This document shows positions 1 through 12,563 of a stretch of DNA of 64,000 bases, piece after piece. Every line of letters starts with the position of its first letter. Within the stretch, counting starts at the first letter, position 1. The DNA comes from Octopus sinensis (Eukaryota). The notes beneath the pieces are model-generated. The model did no database searches, was not told where the DNA came from, and was given only the letters and a program-made list of their open reading frames with translations. The stretch lies in NCBI RefSeq assembly GCF_006345805.1, contig NC_043001.1, forward strand, positions 130,510,001 to 130,574,000, written 5' to 3'. Made by a program: the position numbers and the translations under genes.

Positions 1-250
1 CATGAAAATGTTAGCAAAGCTAGATATCTGATATGTATATAGATCTACACACATATGCATATATGCATTTCTAAATATCAATACAATCATGCATTCAGAT
101 TTCTTTTTTCCTTTGACTGCAATTAGATTTCTGCTATTTTTTGAAATAGTTGAAATTTTTGAATAGTTTGGATAAATACCTATGTGTAATATGTGTGTAT
201 GGCCATATATATATATACATAAACACATGAATGTATGTGTGTGTGTATAA

Positions 251-284
<34 letters not shown>

Positions 285-938
285 GTATGTATCTATCTAT
301 CTATAAATTTGTTAGTATGTGGGATGGTATTTCTAATATGATATCCTACTGTTTTGATGCTAATATGCTTCACAATCTAAAATATCTTTTAGAAATGCCA
401 AAAATACCAAGTTGTAGAATTAACCTTATAAAACAGAATGGATGCTATCCAATATACACACCTAAATGCAGAACTGCATATGCATTGATGATGACTGAAG
501 ACAAGCATGAAAATGTCAATAAAAAAATAAACAAAATCAAAGAAGAAAAAAAAACTGAATTTGAAGGAGAAAATCTAACACAGAAATTTATAATATAAAT
601 AGATAATTTAAATAAAAAGGGTAGGAGGAAAAAATCCCAAAGAGAAAAATGGTAAATCTAAAAGACTTTTGAAAATTCATCCATTTTAATTGCCAATTCA
701 AATTCAAATAAAGACTTTTCTATCTTCTTTTTCATGGTATAATCAAGATAGGTTTTGATGCAGTTTCAACAACCATGCTTAGGAAGCAGTTGTATTCTAT
801 AAAAAAAATTTCAAAAAAGTGTGTTTCTTTTTCGCTGTAGAATTTTATTTCCCAGAGCTTAACAGGAGTAAAAAGAAAAAGAGGATAATAAAAAACTGAA
901 ACTCTTTCGTTTCTTATTCTCCATTTGTATAATCAGTC

Positions 939-1123
939 TAGTGTCCTCATCTTGATTGTTATAGTTCCAATATTTCAACCATTATAGCCTCTAGCATTTT
1001 TTTTGGTGCTTGTTCTATTCAATTTGTTTGTGAATATTTACCGAATATGGCAGATACCTGAAGAAGGCTGGAAAATACAACAACTGAAACATTATGAGTA
1101 TAACAACCAAGATGGCAACACTA
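939..1123. repeat. Decayed inverted pair of a short hammerhead-bearing repeat (left arm minus, right arm plus)
   Basis: 939-963 tagtgtcctcatcttgattgttata is the reverse complement (about 80%) of 1099-1123 tataacaaccaagatggcaacacta. The right arm has CTGAAGA...GAAAC at about 1058-1090. Confidence 0.55.
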
Positions 1124-1399
1124 CTCTTAGTAATATCTCAAAGTATAATAAGAGAGTGAGTTCTCAAAATCATTAGCATGCAGAGAAAAATGCTCAGTGG
1201 CATGTCATCCATCTCCAAATTCTGAGTTCAAATTCTACTGAGGTCAGCTTGGCATTTCATCCTTTCAGGGTCAATAAAATAAATCCCAGTTGAACACAGG
1301 GTTTGATATAATTGACTTACCCCCTACCCTAATTTACAGGCCTAATGCTAAAATTTGAAACCAATATATCAATGTATAATAATTCATAATAATGTATAA

Positions 1400-1616
1400 T
1401 ATGAGGGGGTGCTGAAAATCTCCTGGCATTAAGGGTATCACAAAAAACCTGGCTGGAGGTTCAACCTTCCAAGTTCTTTTACAGGCTTAGAAAAACTGAA
1501 GGACCACTGCAATAAGTGCATGAATCTGAGAGGGAAATATGTTGAAAGAAATCATTAACTGATCCTCCTATATTTTCTTTTACCCAAATCCAGGAACTTT
1601 TCAACACCGACTCATA
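1400..1616. mobile_element. Tc1/mariner-type MITE
   Basis: Termini tatgagggggtgctgaaaa and ttttcaacaccgactcata are imperfect inverted repeats with TA ends; no coding capacity. Confidence 0.6.
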
Positions 1617-2116
1617 ATGTTTCTAATTTAGGTACGAGATCAGCAATTCTGAGGAAAGGGGGTTAGTTGATTACATCAACTTCAGTATTTAACAGGTATT
1701 TTTTTTTATATATTTGTAAACCCCAGAAGTGTGAAAGGTATAATTGACCATGGCAGAATCAAAATTCAGAAAGTAATACTGTAAGGCATTTTTCTGACGC
1801 TCTATCACGTCTGCTAATCCACTACCCAAATATATGTGTATAATGATGGTAATTCCTTATATTAGAAATTCTGGGTTCCTTTTATTTTATTTAACATTTT
1901 TGTTGTTATTGTTTAATCATAAAATCTATTGCCACACTACAAGCTAATATTCTATGTGGTTGCCCAACCTATTATTTTTTATTGCTTTCACTCTTAACGT
2001 CTTTCTAGTTATTCAACAAGGCCATTTGCCAAACAGTAATGAAATTTAATAGCTAGCCTCAGGGATTATGGAATATTGACCAGTAGACATTTTGAAGGCT
2101 TGGAATGCCAACATAT

Positions 2117-2349
2117 TCTTTTACTTGTTGCAGTCATTTTACTGGAGCCATGCTGGAGCACCACCTGAGATGGTTTCAGTCAAAGAAACCAACCCCAGGA
2201 TTTATTCTTTGTAAGCCTAGTATTTATTCTATCAGTTTCTTTTACTGAACTGCAAAATGATGGTGATGGATGTAAACATACCAACATCAGTTGTCAAGCA
2301 GTGGTGGGGAGACAAACATAGGCACAGAGATGCACACAGGTAAATACAT

Positions 2350-2382
<33 letters not shown>

Positions 2383-2553
2383 CATACACACACAACAGGC
2401 ATCTTTCAGTTTCCATCTATAAAATCCACTCACAAGGCTTTGGTCAGCCTGTGACTATAGTGGAAGACACTTGCTCAAGGTGTCCCGCAGTGGGACTGAA
2501 CCTGGAACCATGTGGTTGGGAAGCAAGCTCCTTACCACACAGCCATGCCTGTG
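2117..2553 (-). mobile_element. SINE family B (tRNA-like head, CORE-like middle, internal TA/TG microsatellite)
   Basis: Reverse-complement similarity to the copies at 22842-23250 and 60481-60880. Confidence 0.75.
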
Positions 2554-2829
2554 CTTATATATATATATAAGCACAGGCTTTTACACACACAAGTATATAT
2601 ATATATATATATAATATATATATATATATATACTTGTGTGTGCATGTGACACACTGTGTTAAGGAACTTCCTCAAGGGATATAATCGAAAATTGATTAAC
2701 ATGTATATTGGTAGTCCAGCTCTTTGTTTTCTTGCAGGCTATTGATTTAGAAAACCTTAGCACAATTATCTTATACCAATTGACCACATTAGTGTTGGTG
2801 TAAAATTACATTTCATATTTCTAACTAAT

Positions 2830-5190
2830 GAGAAGGAAATGGACAAGTGAAGAGAACAGGATAGTGAAGCAGTGCTACTTGGAAAGTGAAGCCAAAGTAA
2901 GAGGTTACTGAAAACACATGTTAGCACATTCAGTAAAAGAAGGCATGTTTGATGTAACAGAGCCCAGCCAGACTAGTAGACCAGGCTAATGCTATTAGAA
3001 GAAATAAGTGAATGATAGAATTGGAGATAGAAGAGATCACACAGAGCTAAAAAAAGAAAGACCAAGAAGAAGAACAATCAACATAAACCAAGATGAAGCA
3101 AGAAGCAAGATGTTCGAGCCAAAGAAGAACCTGCAAGAAAAAATAATAGCACAGCCAATCAGAAGGAGAAAACTGATACCAGTGACTTATGAGAGGAAGA
3201 TCAGAAGATTTTAGATGAGGTGAAGAAAATAATGAGAAAGAAAGAAACAAAAAGATTACCAGCATTAAGAGGTGTTAACTGAAAGAAGTTGCTGGATATT
3301 ACTAGGAAAGTAGATTTTGCTTTCAGTGGGAGGGATAGTGAATATATATATGTGACACTAGCCTGATTTATGCAAGAAAGGTGGTAGAACTAGCAGACTA
3401 GGTATTCCCCAAGGAGAGAATAGGAAGGAGCAGATGTGGAACAGAAGATTAGAAAATAAAGTGAAGACTTCCAGACAAGGTCTGAGTAGAATAAAAGCCT
3501 AGAAATAGGACAAGTTAGGAAACACTAGATTTAAAACTTCTCTTGAAAAAAAACCCACTTAGTCAAAGAGAAAGGATTTGCGATAGTCATGGAAGAGCTG
3601 AAACAGCATATCATAACAATAGCAGGTAAGTTTTCCAAATATGAGAAAAGATCAATATCAACAGAACAAATTGCTTAAGACAGCCCAGAAGAAATTTTAC
3701 CTAATAGATAGTGTAGAAGAAACGGCTGAAGATGACAAGTTCTGGAGTGGTATTTGGGATAAGCTAGTTAAGCATAATGGAGATGCAACATGTTTAATGA
3801 AAGTTAGGGAAGAAATAGTCAGTGAGAAGCAGCCAGATCTAAAACTAACTAGTGCATTAATATGTAAGGTGCTTGGAAAAATACTGAATTAGAAGGGCCC
3901 AGGGCCAGATTTAGTTCAAGGGTATTGGTTAAAGAAATTTAGTAGCTTCTACGGGAGAATGAGGGATCAACTTCAAGATCACCTTAATGGATGATTCATA
4001 CATAATTGGATGACTAGAAGGAGAGCAGTGCTCATAGAGAAAGACAAAGGCAAGGGTAATGTCGCTAGTAATTATAGACCAATCACTTGCATACAATTAG
4101 TACGGAAGCTATTAACAGGAATGCTCTCTGAAAGCATTTATGAGAATTTACTACCAGAAAGAACAGAAGGCTAGAAGAACACATGATCTATTATACACAA
4201 AGTAGTTTTAAATGAAGTGAAAGCTACAAAGAAAAAATTAACAACAGAACAGGTAGATTATAAGAAAGTCTATGACATGATACCACACTCATGGATAAGT
4301 GAATGTTTGAGAATATTCAGTATTGCAAGCAACATAAGAAAGTAAATTAGCTATAGCATGAAGAAATAGAAAATAGATCTTTATTCAAATGATACAGCCT
4401 TAGGGAAAATTAATATCATGAGAGGAATTTTCTAGGGAGACTCGTTATCTCTTTTAATATTTGTGTTATGTTTAATCGTCATCAGTTTAGTGTTAAGAAA
4501 GGCAAAGGGAGGGTCTCGGTTTAGAGACTGTAAAGGAAAATTACCCATTTGCTCTACAGGGATGACCTGAAGCTTTTTAGTAAAAATATAAAAGAGATTG
4601 ATTCTTTAATACAAACAGTAATATGCTGGCACAGAAAGAATATAAGATAAGACTTGACAACCTAGGGAGGATAATCCACAAGAAGTCATGTAGAAAGCTA
4701 GGATCTGACCATACTGATAAGTGGTATGAACATGAACCTAGTAAAGTGCTAGAAAGTAAGAAATATAAGAGGCTGTGGGATTTGAACATTCAGACAGGGT
4801 AATAGGAGTTAAAGGTCTGATTAAGTAGACAAAAAGAATAGAAAGTGCCAAGTAATTGACTTTACAGTCTTAAACAATGAGAAAGTCAATATGAGAGGTA
4901 TAGAGAAAATGACAAAGTAGCAGAACATAGCCATTGAGTTACAGAGTCTATAGAAAATTCAGGTAAACTGTATCCCTGTAGCTATAGGTGCATTAGGAAC
5001 TAGTCTTAAAGATTTGAACAGATGGATAGAGGAAATAGGCATACAGCCCAGTTTAGCACAGCTCTAGAAAAAAGTATTATAAGAGACAGCTAGCACACTT
5101 AAGAAGGTTCTTGTCCTCTAAGGTTACTTGTTGTAGCCTGATGTTAAGAATTTTTTCCACCAGTCTAATTTTTTGTCTGTAAATGAAATA
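2830..5190 (+). mobile_element. Decayed R4/Dong-clade RLE non-LTR retrotransposon, copy 1 (RT plus internally deleted 3' RLE end)
   Basis: Manual translation with stops and frameshifts: GPGPDLVQGYWLKKF, NYRPITC, DYKKVYDMIPHSWI, RGIF*GDSLS, HLLYRDDLKLF (about 4550), then a jump to KWYEHEP..LWDLNIQT and PVAIGALG; ends in a (TAA)/(TGA)n tract. 5' boundary uncertain. Confidence 0.85.
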
Positions 5191-5239
5191 ATAATAATGA
5201 TGATGATGATGATGATGATGATAATAATAATAATAATAA

Positions 5240-6500
5240 TAACTGGAATCTAAAAGAATTAATGAAAACAGATAGGCAAACAAGAAAAATAATGGCAGGA
5301 TTTAGGATGCACCACCCAAAATCTGACCTAGAAAGGTTATATGTACAACATATCGAAGGTATTAGAGGTCTTATACAGCTAGAAAACTATTACAAAATAA
5401 CCACCATAGGACTACAGAAATACCTACTTCAGAAGTAAGGAAAGCTAATACAAATAGCCACAAAACAGGAACAAAAGACAAAACTGTTTTCAGTTTTTAA
5501 GGAAGCTGACAAATGCAAAAAAGAAGTCATAGTACCTAACAATTATGAAGAAAACGAAGAAACAACAAAAGCTATAAAAGAAATGAAATCCAAACTACAA
5601 CTGGACCAGCAATGGATCATGATAAAACGATGACAAGAAAAGCCCTTTCATGGCAAATACTGGACTAAACTAAATGCAAAAGAAATAGACAAAGAAAAAT
5701 CCCAGCAATAGTTGAGAAGCTCAGGACTCAAAGCAGAGACAGAAGGATTTTTAATTGCAGCACAAGATCAAAGCCTTTCCACCAGAAATTACTAAAAACA
5801 TGTAATGAAAAGAAATAGAACACATAACTGCGGAATATGTGAAGATGGAGAAGAAACAATAAATCATACTGTCTCTGGTTGCCCAATCCTGGCTAAGAAG
5901 GAATATATTCACAGACACGACACAGTTGGACCTATATACACTGGAAGCTATGCCAACATATAGAATAACAATAGAAAATGAAAGTATAGGCACATGCCAG
6001 AAAAGGTCACAAAAAAATGAGAAAGCAGCCATACTGGGATATGCCAATACACACAGAAATTAAGGACAATAGGCCAGATATAGGTATCAGAGATCACCAA
6101 CAAAAAATTTTTTCTAATTGATGTATCAATACCAACAGATGACAATATTTCTCTAAAAGAAACAGAAACTTTCAAAATACAAAGATCTTGAAATAGAGGT
6201 AACTCAAATGTGGAGTCAAAAAACAAACAATTCCTATCATAGCAAGAGCATTAGGTATGATAAAAAATATTCAGACAAATACATAACAAAAACGCCAGGA
6301 CTAACAAGTATATATAACATACAGAAAATAGCACTACTGGACACCGTACATATCATACGTAAAATACTTTCAATGCATGAAAATAAGAGCATCACAACAA
6401 GCCACAGCACATACCCAAGGCACACAGAGCTGCACTTGGTAGTGCAGTGAAAGCATGTGATAAAAAAAGACCACTGAATGATAATAATAATAACAATAAT
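5240..6500 (+). mobile_element. Decayed R4/Dong-clade RLE non-LTR retrotransposon, copy 2 (5'-truncated: thumb, zinc knuckle, restriction-like endonuclease)
   Basis: DRQTRKIM..HHPKSDLERLY..G.RGL; ETEGFLIAAQDQ; CGIC....ETINHTVSGC zinc knuckle; RPDI...LIDVSIP (PD..D nuclease motif); ORF 6208-6450 IQKIALLDTVHIIRKIL; ends in (TAA)n. Confidence 0.85.
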
Positions 6501-6534
6501 GAAAGAGGACGAAAAATAAAAAAAAAAATACAAT

Positions 6535-6840
6535 CCCTTAAAATTTGAAATAGGAAGAATTTAGAGTATGAGAACTGTAAAGGTTGTGCCTATAATATTT
6601 GGTGCATTGGGAACAATAAGCAAAGATATAGATAAATGGCTGAAGGAGATTGGAATAGAATGCCCTGTAGAGCTCCTACAGAAAGTTTGTCTCTAAGGGA
6701 CAGCAAGGAATATCAGGAGGGTTCTAAGCACTTGAAAGACGACTGAAAGCTTGTGGATACCTAAGGTTACAGGTAGTAACCTGCTACCCACACAAATCCT
6801 ACTAGGAATAAGACTGTACCTGAATCAAACCAAATAATCA
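6535..6840 (+). mobile_element. R4/Dong-like 3' end fragment, copy 3
   Basis: VVPIIFGALGTISKDIDKWLKEIGIECPVELLQKVCL*GTARNIRRVL; 3' UTR ctaaggttac motif shared with copy 1; followed by TAA/(TAG)n. Confidence 0.75.
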
Positions 6841-6843
6841 TAA

Positions 6844-6891
<48 letters not shown>

Positions 6892-6920
6892 CAGCAGCAG
6901 CAATAGTAATAATAATAATC

Positions 6921-7130
6921 CTTTCTATTAAAGGCACAAGGTCTGAAATTTTGGGAGAGGGGACTAGTTGATTACATTGACCCCAGTGTTTCACTGGTAT
7001 TTAATTTATCTACCTTGAAAGGATGAAAGGCAAAGTCGACCTCAGCAGAATTTGAACTCAGAATATAGCAATGGGCAAAAATGCTACTAAGCATAACACC
7101 CAGTGTGCTAACAATTCTGCCAGCTCCCTA
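6921..7130 (-). mobile_element. SINE family A (diverged copy)
   Basis: Reverse complement of the ctgagttcaaatt...gtcgactttgcctttcatcc core seen at 38766 and 62899. Confidence 0.7.
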
Positions 7131-7134
7131 CCTT

Positions 7135-7196
7135 GATGATGATGATGATGATGATGATAATGATAATGGTGAGATGATGATGATGAGGAGAAGAAG

Positions 7197-7227
<31 letters not shown>

Positions 7228-7575
7228 GAAAGAAGAAGTGAAAGAAGAAGAAGAAGAAGAATAAGAATAAGAAAGGAAGGAGGAAGAAGAAGTGAAAGAA
7301 GAAGAAGAAGAATAAGAATAAGAAAGGAAGGAGGAAGAAGAAGTGAAAGAAGAAGAAGAAGAATAAGAATAAGAAAGGAAGGAGGAAGAAGAAGTGAAAG
7401 AAGAAGAAAGGAAGGAGGAGGAGGAAGAAGAAGAAGAAGAAGAAGAAGAAAGGAAGGAGGAGGAGGAAGAAGAAGAAGAAGAAGAAGAAAGGAAGGAGGA
7501 GGAGGAGGAGGAAGAAGAAGAAGAAGAAGGAGAAGAATAAGAATAAGAAGAAGAAGAAGAAGAAATGATGATAGT
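7135..7575. repeat. (GAT)n followed by compound (GAA/GGA)n purine-rich repeat with a 51-bp higher-order unit
   Basis: Direct reading; RRSERRRRRIRIRKEGG repeats three times in the spurious ORF 7081-7620. Confidence 0.9.
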
Positions 7576-8063
7576 GAAGACTTCTCATGTTTGCATCAGG
7601 GACATCATAAGGTCAAATAGTTCTTTCTGAATAAAGCACAAGACCAGGAAACAAAAGAGACGGTGGTGGCGAGGGGGGGGGGGTTAGTCAATACCATGGG
7701 GAAAGCTGACTCTGGCAGGATTTGAACACAGATTGTATAAAAGAGTTCAGAACAAAAATCGCAAGATATTTTTATCTGAAGCGCTAATGAGTCTATAAAT
7801 ACAATAACGACGCCAACAACAACAACAACAACAACAACAACAGTAATACTAGTACTGCTGCTGTAGCTTACTAATACTGACATTTTGGTATTTATTATCA
7901 TAATCTGCAACTGAATAATTTCACATTTAATGATGTTCATTTTTCAGAGAATATCTTAATAATAATTTGGACAGCGGTTCTTATGAAACAACGCATACTG
8001 AGAAACAAAATAAACATGAAACAAACCTGTGATTACTGATTGGCATCACATACACACACACAC

Positions 8064-8094
<31 letters not shown>

Positions 8095-8587
8095 AATATA
8101 TATATATAAATATATATGTGTGTGCGAGTATGTATGTATGTATACACACTAATTTGTTTATTTTCTCTCTTTATCTCTGTCTCTCTCTCGCTTTCATTTT
8201 TAGTTTGTTTATTTATTTAATTTAATAATTAAGCAAGAGCATCCAAGTAGGAAATAAGATGTCACAAGCATTTGTTGGTAAAAATTACAGATGGTTGTGT
8301 CATTTGCAAATTGGCGAACAGCCGATACAATTAGTATCTTTTGCTTGGTTTATGTCAGCCCTTAGATTTCCTTTAATCAAAATTTACAAAAAACATATAT
8401 ATATAAACAAAAAAGAGAATAAAAAGAAAATGAAATGGAAATAAAGCAAAATGAAACAAAAAAAAACCCACAAAGTAACCCCTTTTCCATCAGCAAAAAA
8501 AACTCAAAAAAAAAGCTAGCACTGCTACCTCCTACCAACCACCATCACCACCCCTCAGAAAAATACACAGGACAAAACCATTAAATA

Positions 8588-8596
8588 ATGATAATT

Positions 8597-8627
<31 letters not shown>

Positions 8628-8646
8628 CAACAATAATAACAACAAC

Positions 8647-8696
<50 letters not shown>

Positions 8697-8746
8697 TAAT
8701 AATAATAACAACAACAATAATAATAACAATAATAATAATAATTATT
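8588..8746. repeat. (TAA/CAA)n microsatellite
   Basis: Direct reading. Confidence 0.95.
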
Positions 8747-9139
8747 CTAAATAAAGTAAATTATATAAGATACAAAAAGAAATTATTTTGAAACAACAAG
8801 GTATCAAAAGTTCCATAAGAATTCTTCTATGTAAAAGAGAATGAAATTTTGCTTGTTTGTCACATTTTTAGTTGTTTTTTTTAAATGCTATCGCTTTGTT
8901 TCTTTTTGTCAGAATTGACATTAATTTCAGTAGTCAAAGATGTTACTAAAAGAATTGAAGACGTATACACACACACACATATACATATATGTGTATATGT
9001 TGGTGCATCACACTGAAGACTAAAAGTCATAGAGGGTAGGGCTTTCTTTTGAGGAAGTAATAAGAGTATCTATTTATTATTATTTCTATCTTATCTAAAG
9101 CGGCAAGCTGGCTGAACTGTTAGCATGCAGGGCAAAATG

Positions 9140-9343
9140 CTTTACTCTTTTACTTGTTTCAGTCATTTGACTGTGGCCATGCTGGTGCACCGCCTTTAGT
9201 CGGGCAAATCTTGGTAAGCCTAATACTTACTATAATACTTATTCTATTGGTCTCTTTTGCCGTACCGCTAAGTTACGGGGCCGTAAACACACCAGCATCG
9301 GTTGTCAAGCGATGTTGGTGGAGGGGACAAACACAGACACACA

Positions 9344-9348
<5 letters not shown>
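9140..9348 (-). mobile_element. SINE family B, tail half
   Basis: Reverse complement of the tail of the copy at 22842-23250; ends at the internal (TA)n. Confidence 0.8.
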
Positions 9349-9383
<35 letters not shown>

Positions 9384-9569
9384 TATAAAAGGGCTTAGTA
9401 AAATAAATTACTTTGCCGCATACTGAACTCATTAGAAATAGCAGCTAAAAAACTTTTTTAAGGCTATTCTAATACTTAAAGAAAATCTCTCTCATATATA
9501 GTGTTTGCATAATTTAACTCACAAAAGTTTGGGGGTAATGACATCGAAAAATCAAATGCTAAGGTTATT

Positions 9570-9621
9570 CGAGAACGTACGTTTCAAGATTAGTCAAAAC
9601 AACATTTCTATCATCGGCTCG
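9570..9621 (-). ncRNA. Type I hammerhead ribozyme variant (core CCGAUGA), family 1 copy
   Basis: Sense: cgag-CCGATGA-t-aga...tct-t-GAA-ACGTACGT-T-ctcg; helix I cgag/ctcg, palindromic helix III, GUU triplet. Same motif at 10115-10166; the copy at 10658-10708 has a 1-nt deletion. Confidence 0.65.
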
Positions 9622-11825
9622 GAAATCCTTGGTTTGGATTTGGAAACACTGAAAATAAGAACATACCCTCTCGAAGATCTGCTCCCAACTAACAGTGTCA
9701 ACAAATTCAAAATAAGCAAGCGAAGAATCTCTGTTCTCCCCTTTCCACCAGCGTGGGTTAAAATCATCAAACTCTATGCTTATTTCGGTAAAGTCCGAAG
9801 CATTAATCAGAGGGAGATTAATTATAATTTCAACAATTGAGGGCAAAATTAATTAATTATTAATCAATTTCACCAAGTGTTCAGTATGCAAAGGGACCAT
9901 TCAAGGCGAATTCAAATTATTACATTATATAAAAGGGCTTAGTAAAATAAATTACTTTGCCGCATACTGAACTCATTAGAAATAGCAGCTAAAAAACTTT
10001 TTTAAGGCTATTTCTAATACTTAAAGAAAATCTCTCTCATATATAGTGTTTGCATAATTTAACTCACAAAAGTTTGGGGGTAATGACATCGAAAAATCAA
10101 ATGCTAAGGTTATTCGAGAACGTACGTTTCAAGATTAGTCAAAACAACATTTCTATCATCGGCTCGGAAATTCCTTGGTTTGGATTTGGAAACACTGAAA
10201 ATAAGAACATACCCTCTCGAAGATCTGCTCCCAACTAACAGTGTCAACAAATTCAAAATAAGCAAGCGAAGAATCTCTGTTCTCCCCTTTCCACCAGCGT
10301 GGGTTAAAATCATCAAACTCTATGCTTATTTCGGTAAAGTCCGAAGCATTAATCAGAGGGAGATTAATTATAATTTCAACAATTGAGGGCAAAATTAATT
10401 AATTATTAATCAATTTCACCAAGTGTTCAGTATGCAAAGGGACCATTCAAGGCGAATTCAAATTATTACATTATATAAAAGGGCTTAGTAAAATAAATTA
10501 CTTTGCCGCATACTGAACTCATTAGAAATAGCAGCTAAAAAACTTTTTTAAGGCTATTTCTAATACTTAAAGAAAATCTCTCTCATATATGTTTGCATAA
10601 TTTAACTCACAAAAGTTTGGGGGTAATGACATCGAAAAATCAAATGCTAAGGTTATTCGAGAACGTACGTTTCAAGATTAGTCAAAACAACATTTCTATC
10701 ATCGCTCGGAAATTCCTTGGTTTGGATTTGGAAACACTGAAAATAAGAACATACCCTCTCGAAGATCTGCTCCCAACTAACAGTGTCAACAAATTCAAAA
10801 TAAGCAAGCGAAGAATCTCTGTTCTCCCCTTTCCACCAGCGTGGGTTAAAATCATCAAACTCTATGCTTATTTCGGTAAAGTCCGAAGCATTAATCAGAG
10901 GGAGATTAATTATAATTTCAACAATTGAGGGCAAAATTAATTAATTTTGTAATTTATTTTACTAAGCCCTTTTATATAATGTAATAATTTGAATTCGCCT
11001 TGAATGGTCCCTTTGCATACTGAACACTTGGTGAAATTGATTAATAATTAATTAATTTTGCCCTCAATTGTTGAAATTATAATTAATCTCCCTCTGATTA
11101 ATGCTTCGGACTTTACCGAAATAAGCATAGAGTTTGATGATTTTAACCCACGCTGGTGGAAAGGGGAGAACAGAGATTCTTCGCTTGCTTATTTTGAATT
11201 TGTTGACACTGTTAGTGGGAGCAGATCTTCGGAGGGTATGTTCTTATTTTCAGTGTTTCCAAATCCAAACCAAGGAATTTCCGAGCCGATGATAGAATGT
11301 TGTTTTGACTAATCTTGAAACGTACGTTCCGAAAACCTTAGCATTTGATTTTTCGATGTCATTACCCCCAAACTTTTGTGAGTTAAATTATGCAAACACT
11401 ATATATGAGAGAGATTTTCTTTAAGTATTAGAAATAGCCTTAAAAAAGTTTTTTAGCTGCTATTTCTAATGAGTTCAGTATGCGGCAAAGTAATTTATTT
11501 TACTAAGCCCTTTTATATAATGTAATAATTTGAATTCGCCTTGAATGGTCCCTTTGCATACTGAACACTTGGTGAAATTGATTAATAATTAATTAATTTT
11601 GCCCTCAATTGTTGAAATTATAATTAATCTCCCTCTGATTAATGCTTCGGACTTTACCGAATAAGCATAGAGTTTGATGATTTTAACCCACGCTGGTGGT
11701 GGAAGGGGAGAACAGAGATTCTTCGCTTGCTTATTTTGAATTTGTTGACACTGTTAGTTGGGAGCAGATCTTCGAGAGGGTATGTTTTTATTTTCAGTGT
11801 TTCCAAATCCAAACCAAGGAATTTC

Positions 11826-11877
11826 CGAGCCGATGATAGAAATGTTGTTTTGACTAATCTTGAAACGTACGTTCTCG
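11826..11877 (+). ncRNA. Type I hammerhead ribozyme variant (core CCGAUGA), family 1 copy in the inverted arm
   Basis: cgag ccgatga tagaaatgttgttttgactaatctt gaa acgtacgt t ctcg; helix I extendable by aagg/cctt. The copy at about 11282-11331 has small deletions. Confidence 0.65.
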
Positions 11878-12251
11878 AATAACCTTAGCATTTGATTTTT
11901 CGATGTCATTACCCCCAAACTTTGTGAGTTAAATTATGCAAACACTATATATGAGAGAGATTTTCTTTAAGTATTAGAAATAGCCTTAAAAAAGTTTTTT
12001 AGCTGCTATTTCTAATGAGTTCAGTATGCGGCAAAGTAATTTATTTTACTAAGCCCTTTTATATAATGTAATAATTGAATTCGCCTTGAATGGTCCCTTT
12101 GCATACTGAACACTTGGTGAAATTGATTAAAATTAATTAATTTTGCCCTCAATTGTTGAAATTATATATATATATATTATATATGTATATATATATATCT
12201 CACTGTTAATAATCCCATAGAAGCATCATCACAAGGCCTTGACATTTAGGG

Positions 12252-12532
12252 AGTGTTCGTTGCCAGCCTCGGTGGCCCCGTGCCGGTGACACGTAAAGCA
12301 CCATCCGTTCGTGGCCATTGTGCCAGCTCTGTCTGGCACCTGTGCAGGTGGCACGTAAAAAACACCACTACACTCGCGGAGTGGTTGGCGTTAGGAAGGG
12401 CATCCAGCCGTAGAAACACTGCCAAATCTGACTGGACCTGATGAAGCCTTCCGGCTTCACAGACCCCAGTTAAACCGTCCAACCCATGCTAGCATGGAAA
12501 ACGGACGCTAAATGATGATGATGATGATGATG
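12252..12532 (+). mobile_element. SINE-like family D with (GAT)n tail (RTE-type 3' end, inferred)
   Basis: ggcacgtaaaa...gttaggaagggcatccagc...ccaacccatgctagcatggaaaacggacg + (GAT)n; many copies in the window. Confidence 0.8.

Positions 12533-12563
<31 letters not shown>

Larger units (their letters stand above)
9380..12166. mobile_element. Fold-back tandem array of a 544-546-bp hammerhead-containing monomer (retrozyme-like family 1): about 2.9 units, inversion at about 10946-10949, then about 2.2 inverted units
   Basis: gggcttagt recurs at 9391, 9935 and 10481; reverse-complement copies run from about 10949 to 12166; (TA)n on both flanks. Confidence 0.9.

Noticed and set aside
275-598. 107-aa ORF as a host gene
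   Set aside because: Starts in a microsatellite, has no recognisable homology and no convincing exon boundaries.
7058-7620. Arg-rich and Phe-rich long ORFs
   Set aside because: Translation of a GAA microsatellite.
9505-11312. Repeated 60-111 aa ORFs (MHNLTHK..., MPSIVEII...) as genes
   Set aside because: They lie inside the tandem monomer, shift frame between copies through 1-nt indels and show no recognisable domain.
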